A DNA stretch of 64,000 bases. Origin: Octopus sinensis (Eukaryota). The position numbers and the translations under genes are program-made. Below, one piece after another: positions 13,086 to 25,439 of the stretch. The notes below the pieces were generated by a model. That model ran no database searches, was not told the DNA's origin, and saw only the letters and a list, made by a program, of their open reading frames with translations. The DNA lies in assembly GCF_006345805.1 (NCBI RefSeq), contig NC_043001.1, positions 108,810,001 through 108,874,000 of the forward strand, given 5' to 3'. Each line of letters starts with the position of its first letter. Within the stretch, counting starts at the first letter, position 1.

Positions 13086-13663
13086 TTAACCCTTTCGTTA
13101 CTGTATTTATTTTGAGATGCTCTGCGTTTCTTTCAATTACTTTAAATATAACAAAGAATTTAGTAAAATAACTTAGTTATCATTCAGCTAGTGTTAGGAA
13201 CATAAATTGTGGAAGATTTTAATTCAAAACTTATGAAAACAAGACATTTATACTACAGAGCCAGAGCTGGTTTCAGCCCGGTTGATAACGAAAGAGCTAA
13301 GAATTGTTTCTCTATTATATATTTTAACCCATTTATGACCATATTTCTGTTGAGATGCTCTGTGTTTCTTTCAATTAATTTTAAATATAAAGAATTTTGT
13401 AAAATAACTTAGTTATCATTCAGCTAGTGTTAGGAGCATAAATTGTGACCAAGGTTTGGTGGAAGATTTTAATTCAAAACTTATGAAAACAAGACATTTG
13501 TACTACAGAGCCAGTTTCCGCCGGATTGATAACAAAAGGGTTAAGAATTGTTTCTCTATTATATATTTTAACCCTTTTGCGACCATATTTCTGTTGAGAT
13601 GTTCTGTGTTTCTTTCAATTAATTTTAAACATAACAAAGAATTTTGTGAAATAACTTAGTTAA
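13086..13663. mobile_element. Tandem array (2.4 copies) of a piggyBac-like MITE
   Basis: Units start TTAA-CCC at 13086, 13324 and 13568 (periods 238 and 244). Unit 2 ends AAAAGGG-TTAA. The spacer GAATTGTTTCTCTATTATATATT is repeated. Confidence 0.7.
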
Positions 13664-13682
13664 CAAGACTTTAAAAAATCTT

Positions 13683-14110
13683 TATAAGAGGTGTTGAAAA
13701 GTGTCGTCCTTCGCTTTCAGTACATAAGTTGACACTTCTACACATGTTTTGAAATATATCTTGGAGAGTCTGACACGGTATGGACGGTGTGAAGGTTATG
13801 ATTGTGTCTTTAGCTCATTAATGATTTTTGGGCGATTCCTGTACACTGATCCTTTACTTGCTCCCCAGAAAAAGAAGTCTGGCAGTGTTAAATCAGGTGA
13901 TCTTGGTGATCAAAGTCCCTTAGAAATAATCCATTCACTGAAAAATTCTTGAAGTAGTGCCATGATGATGCGCAAAATATGTGCTGTAGCTCCATCATCT
14001 TGCTAAGAGTATGCATTATTCATTTCACTTTCAGTGAGTTGGCCTACAAATGGAGAGACAATATTTGACCAATATCTCTCGGTGTTGATGATGTTTTCAA
14101 AAAGTTCACT
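13683..14110 (-). mobile_element. Tc1/mariner (DDxD, maT/rosa-like) transposase relic, C-terminal part
   Basis: Translation ...QDDGATAH...L*SPRSPDLTLPDFFFWG...VYRNRP...HLL* with several stops. Confidence 0.75.
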
Positions 14111-14174
14111 GCAGAAAGACTTTTTGAACACTCTCTGTTTTTCTGACATTATCTCACTATTGAGATTTTGAGTG

Positions 14175-14540
14175 GAGGCGCAATGGCCCAGTGGTTAGGG
14201 CAGCGGACTCGCAGATTCGATTCTCAGACTGGTCGTTGTGAATGTTTATTGAGCGAAAACAGCTAAAGCTCCACGAAGCTCCAGCAGGGAGTGGTGGCGA
14301 ACCCTGCTGTAGTCTTTCACCACAACTTTCTCTCACTCTTTCTTCCTGTTTCTGTTGTACCCGTATTTCAAAGGGCCAGCCTTATCACACTCTGTGTCAT
14401 GCTGAATCTCCCCCAAAACTACATTAAGGGTACATGTGCCTGTGAAGTGCTCAGTCACTTGCACGTTAATTTAACGAGTAGGCTGTTCCGTTGATCGGAT
14501 CAACTGGAACCGTCGTCGTCGTAACCGACGGAGTGCCACG
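14175..14540 (+). mobile_element. tRNA-derived SINE family D, full length
   Basis: GGAGGCGCAATGGCCCAGTGGTTAGGGCAGCGGACTC (A-box-like) ... GTAACCGACGGAGTGCCAC. Reverse copies occur at 52893-53253 and 58763-59058. Confidence 0.85.
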
Positions 14541-15265
14541 ATTGAGCTTTTGTGCTATGAATAATAAGAATACATCAACCATCATAGAAACTACATTATT
14601 GAGTTTGTTAATTATTGAATTACTAGATTTATTATATCATAAATATTAACTATAGCCCTCTAGGCATATAACATTTAATCAGAATCAAAGCTAGTAATTT
14701 TTCTTTGTTCATCGAGGATTATGGAAGGAATTAATGATATTCTTGCATGCATAATAATTTTAAATCAAAGACTAGTAAAATTGAATATTTTAAATCAAAG
14801 ACTGGTAAAATTAAATAGTTTTTTGAAACAAAGATTTAGAGAAAGTCATCATTCGGTAATTATCATTCGGTAATTCGGTAAGTGGCTAAATTTATAGAAG
14901 TGTTTATTGCTAATAATATTAAAGGAATTAATCCTCCAAATGGCGTTATCTTATAATTATAAAGTTATAGTTTGTTTAAATATAAAGTTGGTTTAAAATA
15001 CTTTAACAAAAGACAGCTAATTGTATTTTGCAACCCTCAATGCAAATTTACTAGCATTCACGTTTTTCATTATCCATGAAATTTTACTGCTGCTGATAAT
15101 TTCCTTGGAATCAGGATCATAGCGATAAGAAACACTCGAGAGCTGAACAGCAGAAAGTCTTCAGAAAAGAAACCTGCCTCAGGCAAGTGCTTTGGCCCTT
15201 AGAGGATCCGGGCCGCAGCCAGGTCATGACTCCTGGATGCCCTTCTGCTGACACTTTTTAGTTAC

Positions 15266-15455
15266 TTGGGTATCGGAGATTTGTGCATTTAAATCGTCTG
15301 CAGATTTCATTAAGTAGTAACTCCTCTCTGCTGGCTCAGATTTCAAACTTATACTTAAATAAGAAATAACGTTGGTTGTCATGGTAGCTGTGAAATGTGA
15401 AACGTCAACGCTATCACAGGACTCATTCAGAGTTATTTCCCTAGACACTTTTAAT
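15266..15455 (-). other. Candidate isolated coding exon (63 codons), product unknown
   Basis: Strong acceptor TTTCTTTCTTTTTTAAAG, open frame LKVSREITLNESCDSVDVSHF...LNAQISDTQ, possible donor CAA|GTAACT. No homology recognised. Confidence 0.25.
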
Positions 15456-16204
15456 CTTTAAAAAAGAAAGAAACTACAAAATTATCCCAGTGGAATGAAA
15501 TACCTTGGCAACTAAATCAATCAGGTAACTAGGTAACAAAAATAATGAGAGATTTGTCCAGTTTAACCGAGTAGAAGTTTACCTATATATAAGAAAAAGC
15601 CCTAGTGTTTTTACAAAAGATTCCCTACTATTCCACGCGACTTTAATATCGATATTATAATGCACAGTAGGAAAAGATTTGTCTTTTATAGTTCGTTGCG
15701 GTTTCCAAATGAGAAAAACAGGCTATTTTATTTTTCCCGTGAGATTGTAAGATGAAGTGTATTAGTTGGTGAGTGTGTATATCTAAACACACTCTGCAAA
15801 AATAAATTTCCTAGATGTGACTGCATATAGACATGATTGATGTTCCGGTAATCTCACTCCATATTTAATTTAATTTAATAAAAATTTAATTGAAATTTAT
15901 AAAGATTTCAATTTAAAAATCCCTATGAAAACTAATGTTTTCACGTGAGCGACAAGACTATCGCTGGTCATAATGCGTTTTGCATCGTTTTAGCAATCGA
16001 ATGATGCCATGTCGCTGGTTAGGCGAGCAGGCCAACGTTCTCCCTGATCAGAAGGCTATTCTTTTACAGCTGAGTGGACTGGGGCAACGTGAGAACACAA
16101 CGCACCGTTCGGTACGGGAATCGAAAGCACAATCTAGCGATCGTAAGCGCAACATCCTAACTTCTAGATTTAAACAGTGGTAATCCAAAATTATACACTA
16201 ATAG

Positions 16205-16958
16205 ACATTCTTTCCTAGTCTAGGCACAAGGCCCGAAATATTTGGGGAGGGGCCAGTCGATTAGATCGACCCCAGTACGCAACTGGTACTTAATTTATCG
16301 ACCCCGAAAGAAAAACGAATTACTGCTAAGCATTTCGCCCGGCGTTCTAACGCTTCTTATTTCTTTATTGCCCACAAGGGGCTAAACATAGAGGGAACAA
16401 ACAAGGACAGAAAAATGCATTAAGTCGATTACATCGACCCCAGTGGTGTAACTGGTACTTAATTTATCGACCCCGAAAGGATGAAAGGCAAAGTCGAGCT
16501 AGGCAGAATTTGAACTCAGAACGTAACAGCAGACGAAATACCTATTTCTTTACTACTCACAAGGGGCTAAACACAGAGAGGACAAACAAGGACAGACAAA
16601 CGGATTAAGTCGATTATATCGACCCCAGTGCGTAACTGGTACTTATTTAATCGACCCCGAAAGGATGAAAGGCAAAGTCGACCTCGGCGGAATTTGAACT
16701 CAGAACGTAACGGAGACGAAATACCTATTTCTATTTCTTTACTACCCACAAAGGGCTAAACACAGAGGAGACAAATAAGGACAGACAAAGGGATTAAACC
16801 GATTATATCGACTCCAGTACGTAACTTGTACTTGATTTATCGACCCCGAAAGGATGAAAGGCAAAGTCGACCTCGGCGGAATTTGAACTCAAAACGTAAC
16901 GGCAGACGAAATACCGCTACGCATTTCGCCCGGTGTGCTAATTCTGCCAGCTCGCCAC
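16205..16958 (-). mobile_element. SINE family A, multi-unit (about four core units) copy
   Basis: Repeated CGACCCCGAAAGGATGAAAGGCAAAGTCGA blocks. The head (reverse complement of GGCGAGCTGGCAG) lies near 16955. Confidence 0.9.
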
Positions 16959-17574
16959 CTTTGTACACTAACAGACGTTACTACACTCCTGCAATCATAA
17001 AAATCTTAGTCAGCAACATTGGCAGACGAATTTCAAAGATATTTTTGGACGAAGATGTTTTTAGTTAAGCTTTAACATACAAAAGAAAAAAAAAAGTAGA
17101 TTCAAAGAAAATTATATTACTTAGAAATTCACAGCACAAAGACTAGCTAAAGAAGAGGGAAAACAGATTATTTAATTCCACTGTCAGAACAGCAAAAAAT
17201 TCTCCAACAGTGCCAAATACCAAAAGCTGTTAAACATGTATAAATTACAGCTGCTTGGGAAAACGTCATCTTCATAGCTAGAATTAATTGAAAAATTTAC
17301 ACAAATGCAGTTGGCTAGATTCATTAAACTGTAGGTTGGATTACTAAACTCATTTTGTTATTCTTGTATGTAATGAAGCGACTGAGCTATATTGTATTTA
17401 TTAATAGGTAGTTATCTTTCCAGTTTTTCAATTAATAGAATAATATGTATTGTCATTAGTTTCCTTGTAAGTATATACAGACACACATAGACAAGCAGAC
17501 ATACACACACACACACATCTATACATGGCATCTAAGATATAATAGATGATAATCTTGATATGATTGATTTTGAT

Positions 17575-17912
17575 TTTTCCAGTTTCAGCTTATGAGCTGT
17601 GGCCATGCTGGGGCACCGCCATTTGGTTTGCTACATGATTTTACCTCACGAATGCTTTTTAGCAACTGCCATTTGGTGCATGAGAGAGTTCGATGCAGCT
17701 GCCCTCATCTGCACCTCCTGCCGTGAAGTTGGTTCATCCGAGACACCTGACAGGAAGAGATCCAGTCCTACTTTAAAGACATCCGCATCTACACCATGCA
17801 GGTCCTTCAGGTTCTTCGGGAGAATATTGAAGAGCTGTGGGCCTCTGAAGCCCAGGCTATCACAGTATCTTGTTCTACATCTTGATGGCAAATTTGGAGT
17901 CCTTGGTACCAA
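17575..17912 (-). mobile_element. CR1-like LINE, short 3' fragment
   Basis: Same 3' end and peptide (PRTPNLPSRCRT...RGPQLFNILP) as the copies at 28.4 and 31.3 kb. Confidence 0.9.
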
Positions 17913-18235
17913 TGCTGGAAATTATAACATGATTATTTAGTAATCCATATCGTTGTTTATGATCCATCCATCAGTTTTCTCGACTCACTATTTGTGGAAG
18001 AGTTATTGGGATAGAATCTTTAGGCATCTTCTCGATAGGTGTTTATTGGAAACAACTTGCCATTAGATTTTTCCCAAGCGAGAAAAACTGAGACTATTGA
18101 TATTATCCAATCGCCTTACACCTGGTCAGCTTCTAAGTCTCTTACCGTTTGGCTCGGCTTGAAGAATCTGTCTTACGATACTTTTATCTCCTTCAAGTAC
18201 TTATAGACAGCATAACTTATATATATATATATATT

Positions 18236-18313
<78 letters not shown>

Positions 18314-18871
18314 ATAATACAAAATGGGACAAGAACGCAAAAGGTTCAGACAACTAGTTAATACAAAAAGGGACAACAAAACATCCAGATAGACGATGAA
18401 AAAAAACAAGGACGGGTCATTCGAAGCTTTTTATCCTCAATCAAGAACCCGGTTCATCCTCGCAATTTCGGCTGATTAATCTTGAGATTGTTTTCCCTAA
18501 TGCTAAGAGCATCAGATTCATTGGAAAAAAGCATCGAATGTATATGAAAACAAGAACGAAAAACAGACGATGTTACACGAATATAAATACAAAAATACAA
18601 TAAAAATAATAATAGTAGTAATAATAATAATAATAACAGAACATAACAGCAGGTGTCTTTCGACTGGGGACGAATTGAATTCAGCTGGCATGTGTGGAAA
18701 TGAAGCCTTACGGCAGAGATACAAAACTTTCACGAACACAGGGAAGAATATCGATGTAGCAGCAACCACAGTCAAATGCAATAAGAATATGCATATATAG
18801 ATAATAATTTTAATAAAATAAGAATTATAAATATATATAATAATGATAATAATAATAAGGTTAATAAAATA

Positions 18872-19535
18872 AAAATTTGGTTAATAGTTCCTTATGGAGA
18901 TCAAGTAAAAACGAATATTATTAAAGAGATTTTAGATGTTATAGAACTATTTATTAGAGATAATCGTAAATATAGAAACATTTTCTCTTTAATAATTTTG
19001 GAGTTGGTTACTCTACCACTAATAATGTTGGTAACATTATTTCTTCATTTAATAAATATAAACTGAATAATTTTTATAAAAAAGAAATTATTGATAATAA
19101 TATTAATAATGATAAGACTTATATAATTGTACATGTAGAGATAAATCTAATTGTATATTAAATAATAATTGTGATATTAACGATGTAGTGATAAATGTAT
19201 AGTTACATTACATGATAATAACTTTAAGAATAATAATTACAAAAAAGCGGTTTTATAAGGTTCTACTTCCTCAAAAATAAAACTAAGAATCGCACAACAT
19301 ATGAATTCTTTTAAAATAAAAACTTAATCAACTCAACCGGACTTAGTAAGTACATTTGGTCTTAAATCACTAAATATTAATTATAGTTTAATTTGGGAAA
19401 ATAATTTGTAAAACTAAATCATACTATAGGAGCTAATTGTTGTATTTATGCTCTAATGAGTTTAAAGAAATTTTATTTTATAAGTGATAATTTACTTAAT
19501 ACTGGCGAGGAGCGCAAAATAAAATGCAGACAAAG
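18872..19535 (+). mobile_element. Penelope-like element relic: linker plus GIY-YIG endonuclease (CxCR-type)
   Basis: Across frameshifts: KIWLIVPYGDQVKTNIIKEILDVI / VGYSTTNNVGNIISSFNK / YNCTCRDKSNCILNNNC / YxGSTSSKIKLRIAQHMNSF / NSTGLSKYIW / NLLN...KCR. These are collinear with PLE motifs IWFNPPY..VKTNI, CNCR..C..C, YIG.T...R...H..SF, LSKYIW and LN..E...CRH. Not in the ORF track. Confidence 0.75.
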
Positions 19536-20619
19536 TTACTTTACCTATATAATAAGTTTTCATGATAAATAGCAATAATAGTTCCCTTTTAAGTTACTTT
19601 AGTTTAGTTTAAATTAGTTTAGATAATATATTTTTGGTTATGTTGTCTAGGCTTTAATTATAGTTAGTCTTTATTTATATTTCTTTGTTTTAATTAGTTC
19701 TTTTTAATGTATATATTTGGGAGGATATATTTATATGTTTATGGGTGTTATTTAGTGGTGTTTTTATTGAGTTTTGTATGTATGTGTGAATGTTTAAGAT
19801 CCCTTTGTTTTTTGTTTTTTATTTGGTATGTTGAATTGACAGATTTTATTGGGTATTGTCTGTTATAATAAAGTACACACACCATAACAAATATAAGTAC
19901 CCACTTCATTCGATGTACCTGGAATTGCATGTGAGCCTCGGCATATACACCTAACGGCACTCCCGCCCCACATGGATAAATAAACACATACATCCCCAAA
20001 AATGGGCGTAATCCCATTCACACCAATTATATGTATACAATTATACACACTAGAATAATACATAACTAACCCAAATATACAGAAACATACTAAAAATCAC
20101 CAACTAACCACTATCACAAATGAAACCCACACCCATACAATGACAAAATTCCCCCTCCATACCCAATTTACACCACATAGTAATCCCAATATATTCATCC
20201 ATATATGGACGCAAGTGCGTGAAGCACATGCACACAATTAATAAGTACAACCCCCTAATACACACTTATATAAATTTGTATAAGCTCGACATCCACAGTG
20301 ATAAGATTACACCCACTCACACCCAGATGGGTGAATTGCACAACCAGGGAACGCACACAACACGTGTGTGTTTTTGATTGTGCAATTCGCCCATATGCAT
20401 GTATGCGGGCGCGATAACATTGTTGCATATATCGAGCCTAAATAGCATGCATATGTACATGTGAGGGGTACACGCAAATGACGTGCGCGTGTACCCCCTG
20501 CATTTATACCCGTGCGTAATATACACATGGAGACTACCACACAGGTACAAATGTGTATAGTAATGGGAGCCCCATCACTACACTCAATGTATACTCTCAC
20601 CCATCCGCACGGATGTGTA

Positions 20620-23600
20620 AGTGTATCTCCGGTGTATATGTTGAGGCTTATATATATGTAGCGTTGTGGAGGTGAATGTTGTTGAAATTGTGAATTAATG
20701 GGTGGAATTGGGAATTGTAACCGGGTGGTGGACTAGCGTTGCTTGGAATTGGGAATTGATTAGTGTGGTAGTGAGGTAGGCATCGGGAATAGGTTTGGGT
20801 TGCTGTAGGTTGTTTGTTAGAGCTGCTAGGGTGAGCTAAAGCTCATAAATGTATATAATGGTTTTTCATGGTAGTTTCTTAAAGAATCCATTCGTTATAA
20901 ATTTTTTTACGTAGTGTTGGTTTGCTACGTGGATATAGTTTTAGTTCCATTTATTCTATTTCTCCATTCATAATTTAAATGACGTTTAATTTCTATGGCG
21001 CGTATTCTCTCTTTTTTTTTACATAAGTTATTTCTATGGTAACGTAATTTTGGTTTGGTTTTTTTAACGGCTAAGAATTTAATTCACTTCATTATTTGAA
21101 ATTGACTTGTAGTATGTATTTTATTTATCCTTATGTCATATTGTTATTTTGATATTCTGGTTAATTACGATGTATTTAATGTTGTTGTTTTCATAGGAGT
21201 GTTTATGTATATGAGATGTGTGTGAGTTTTTAGTTGTATATTTTATTTATCTGTATGAGTGTGGGTGTGTAAATTGTTGTATATATCGAGTTTAGTGAGT
21301 ATATATATGAGTATATGTGAGGGAGTATAGATATGTATCGTTGTGTGGGTGTGTTTTTTGTGTGGTGTGTGTTTGTGTGTGAATGTGTATATGGGTTTGT
21401 TATTTAGGTTTTGGGATGTTTGTGTTAATTTGTCTGTGTGGGGAGGGAGTGGGTTTTGGTGTATATTGAGGTTTATAAATTAGGATAGGCATGGGTATAA
21501 GTTGTGGGTCTGTGGTTTACGAGTGTGTATTTGTGTGTGAATGTTTAGGTTTAGGGGGTTTACTATATAGGTTTGTTATAGAGTTTAGTAAAGGGAGTTT
21601 TATCGTTATATGCTTTTATGAGTTTTGGTTTATCATGGTTATTTTAGGGAATTCGTGGTAATTTGTCTATTTTCGATGTTGGTTGTTTTATTACATTGTT
21701 TCATTCATAATTTTTGAGTGGTGTTCGTTTTGCCACGTGAATAAACGGGTGGTGGACTAGCGTTGCTTGGAATTGTGAATGGAATAGTGTAGTAGTGAGG
21801 TAGGCATAGAGAATGGGTTTGGGTTACTGCAAGTGTTGTTTGTTAGAGATGCTAAGGTGAGCTAAAGTTCATAGATGTATATAATGATTTTTCATGGTAG
21901 TTTTTTAAACAATCCATTCATAATAAATTTTTTTAAGTAGTGTTGGTTTGCCACGTGGATATAGTTTTAGTTCCATTTTTCCTATTTCTCCATTCATAAT
22001 TTAAATGACGTTTACTTTCCATGGCGCGTATTCTTTTTTTACAAAGTTATTTCTATGGTAACGTAATTTTGTTTTGATTTTTTAACGGCTAAGAATTTAA
22101 TTTCACTTCATAATTTGACACTGAATTGTAAGTATGTATTTTATTATCCTTATGTCATATTTATTTTTGATATCTGGTTAATTACGATGTATTTAATGTT
22201 GTTTTCATAGGTGGTTTATGTATATGAGATTGTGTGCGAGTTTTTAGTGTTTAATTTATTTATCTGTATGAGTGTGAGTGTGTAAATATTGTTGTATATA
22301 TCGAGTTTAGTGAGTATGTATATGCGTATATGTGGGGTGTATATGTATCTGTTGTGGTGTGTGTTTTGCGTGTGTGTGTGTTTGTGTGTGAATGTGTATA
22401 TGGGTTTGTTATTTAGGTTTTGGGATGTATGTGTTAATTTGTCTGTGTGGGAGGGAGTGGGTTTTGGTGTATATTGAGGTTTATAAGTTAGTATAGGTAT
22501 GTGTATAAGTCGTGGGTCTGTGGTTTACGAGTGTGTATTTGTGTGTGAATGTTAGGTTAGGGAGATTGATATAGGTTTGTTATAGAGTTTAGCAAAGGGA
22601 GATTTATCGTTATATGTTTTTAGGAGTTTTGGTTTATCATGGTTTTTTTAGGGAATTCGTGGTAATTTGTCTATTTTCGATGTTGGTTGTTTTATTACAT
22701 TGTTTCATTCATAATTTTTGAGTGGTTGTTCGTTTTGCCACGTGAATAACCGGGAGGTGGACTAGCGTTGTTTGGAATTGGAATTGTGAAGGAATAGTGT
22801 AGTAGTGAGGTAGGCATAGAGAATGGGTTTGGGTTACTGTAAGTTGTTTGTTAGTCTTTTACATAAGTTATTTCTATGGTAACGTAATTTTGGTTTGATT
22901 TTTTAACGGCTAAGAATTTAATTTCACTTCATAATTGACACTGAATTGTATGTATTTTATTTACCTTTATGTCATATTGATTTTTGATATTCTGGTTATT
23001 ACGATGTATTTAATGTTGTCATAGGAGTGTTTATGTATATGAGATTGGTGTGCGAGTTTTTAGTTGTATAATTTATTTATCTGTATGAGTGTGGGTTGTG
23101 TAATATTGTTGTTATATATTGAGTTTAGTGAGTATGTATATGCGTATATGTGAGGGCGTATAGTATCTGTTGGTGTGTGTGTTTTGTGTGTGTGTGTGTT
23201 TTTGTGTGAATGTGTATATGGGTTTGTTATTTAGGTTTTGGGATGTATGAGTTAATTTGTCTGTGTGGGAGGAGTGGGTTTTGGTGTATAGGGAGGTATA
23301 AGTTAGTTTAGGTATGTAATAAGTCAGTCGTGGGTCTGTGGTTACGTGTGTGTTTGTGTGTGAATGTTTAGGTTAGGGGGATTCTATATAGGTTTGTTAT
23401 AGAGTTTAGCAAAGGGAGATTTTATCGTTATATGTTTTTAGAGTTTTTGGTTTATCATGGTTTTTTTTAGGGAATCGTAGTAATTTGTCTATTTTCGATG
23501 TTGGTTGTTTTATTATATTGTTCATTCATAATTTTTGAGTGGTGTTCGTTTTGCCACGTGAATTTTATTTTTAATTCCATTTATTCCATTTCTCCATTCA

Positions 23601-24350
23601 TTAATTTAGAGATGTTCGTTTCCAGAGCGGTTATACTTTAATATATGTTAAGTTCTTGGTAAAGTAATTTGTTTGTGTATATGTTGAGGCTTATATGTAC
23701 TTCTGGGTGTGTGTGAGTGGGGGTGGGAGTTGTATTTGTTATGGGTGTGTGGTTTACGAGTGGTTGTTGTGTGTGAATGTATAGGTTAAAGGAATTGCTA
23801 TATAAGTATGTTTTAGTGTTTAGTAAAGGGAGGTTTTATCATTTCTGTTTTGGGAGTTTAGCTTATCATGGTGTTTGATACAAGAATCTATTCATAATTT
23901 TGGTGTTTATTTGTCTGTGTGGGGTTGAGTGGGTTTTTGGAGTATATGTTGAGGTTTATTATATGTATTGGTATGTGTAAGTGGTGTGGGTTTTGTATAT
24001 GTCGTGGGTGTGTGGTTTACGTGTGTGTATTGTGTGTGAATGTTTAGCTTAGGGGGGCTGCTATAGGTTTGTTATAGAGTTTAGTAAAGGGAGATTTTAT
24101 CATTATAGTTTTTATGAGTTTTGGTTATCATGGTAGGTTTGATAAGGAATTTGTAGTAATTTGTGTCTATTTGCGATTGTCTGTGTTTTATTGCATTGTT
24201 TCATTCATAATTTTTAAGTAGTGTTCGTTTTACCAAGTGAATATAATTTTTAATTCCATTTATTCCATTTCTCCGTTCATAGTTTTGAGTGAGTCCGTTT
24301 TTCTAGAGCGTGAATGTGGGTTGTATGTGTGTGTGTGTGGAGTATGAATA
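20620..24350. repeat. G/T-rich, C-depleted tandem array with ~1.0 kb unit
   Basis: The marker CGGG(T/A)GGTGGACTAGCGTTG occurs at 20722, 21746 and 22751 (periods 1024 and 1005). Unit 3 lacks ~200 bp, and diverged variants run to ~24350. Positions 21361-21480 have 44 G and 1 C. Confidence 0.9.
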
Positions 24351-24733
24351 AGTATTGTGTTGAAGTATTAGCTATTTATTTATTTTAGTTGCCTAGACAT
24401 TTTATGTGTATGTATAGTGATATATATATAGGTGTGTGATTAGTGTTGTAGTTAGATATGGTTATATATAATTAGGTATATGCGTATGGGTGTATATGTA
24501 TTATAGTTATTATTATATTATATTATTTTTTTTGTTTTGTTTTATATTTTATATTTTATTTTATATTTAATTGTTGATAGTTTTTTTTAGTTTATATATT
24601 GTTTATATATGTTTATATATGGATTATAGATAGGTTATATATGGATTATATACTATATTTTTTCATTCATACTTTAATTATTTAAAAATTATTATTTTTA
24701 TATTTATAAATATTGATTTTTTAGATTGGAAGT

Positions 24734-24774
24734 CCACCTGAAGTGTCGATCAAGACAAGAAACGATTGTAGTGG
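24734..24774 (+). ncRNA. Degenerate minimal hammerhead motif
   Basis: CCAC-CUGAAG-UGUC-gaucaa-GACA-a-GAAAC-GAUU-GUA-GUGG: stem I CCAC/GUGG, stem II UGUC/GACA, A9 missing. Confidence 0.5.
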
Positions 24775-24860
24775 CGGTTTTTTTGACTATTTATTAAAAT
24801 TTTATGTATTAATTAAGTCTTTCTTGTTTGTTTTGCAAAATAGTGGTTTTGTCTCGAATA

Positions 24861-24932
<72 letters not shown>

Positions 24933-24944
24933 GTATGTATATAT

Positions 24945-24975
<31 letters not shown>

Positions 24976-25069
24976 ATATATTATATATATAAATGTATAT
25001 ATATATATTATATATATATATATATATATTATGTATGTATATGTATATGTATATATATTATATATAGTA

Positions 25070-25118
<49 letters not shown>

Positions 25119-25242
25119 ATATACATATAATAGATAAATATATATATAATATAATATATAATATATATATATATATATATAGATAATATATAATATATTA
25201 TATATATATTATTATATATATATATTATAGATATATAATATA

Positions 25243-25283
<41 letters not shown>

Positions 25284-25327
25284 TATATATATAAGTCAAA
25301 ATAAGCAACAAGGATATCCAAGGTAGT

Positions 25328-25413
25328 GTAGTACAATCGTTTCATGCAACTTCATTTAATTAAACAATGTAAGTATTACATCAGTTTTAAAATGTAGAGC
25401 AATCTTCAGCCAC
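25328..25413 (-). ncRNA. Hammerhead motif, canonical core with weak stem II
   Basis: Minus strand GUGG-CUGAAGA-uUGC...GCAu-GAAAC-GAUU-GUA-CUAC. Stem I GUGG/CUAC has one G-U pair. Confidence 0.55.
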
Positions 25414-25439
25414 ATATGGAATTTTTTATTAAATTGACA

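Noticed and set aside
18395-18520. Additional hammerheads in the TA-flanked repeat left of the PLE relic
   Set aside because: CUGAUG and GAAA-like words are present on the minus strand, but I could not build consistent stems I and III or a valid cleavage triplet.
19120-19175. Selenocysteine (in-frame TGA) in the PLE cysteine motif, as reported for some PLE lineages
   Set aside because: All motif cysteines here and at ~25460-25490 are TGT, and no SECIS-like hairpin was recognised.
20620-24350. Telomeric repeat array
   Set aside because: Only scattered TTAGG/TTAGGG words and no tandem hexamer run. A subtelomeric link remains untested.
18850-24700. Mitochondrial insertion (NUMT) or control region, suggested by AT-richness and strong G/T skew
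   Set aside because: No recognisable mitochondrial tRNA, rRNA or protein sequence. The left part translates instead as a Penelope endonuclease.
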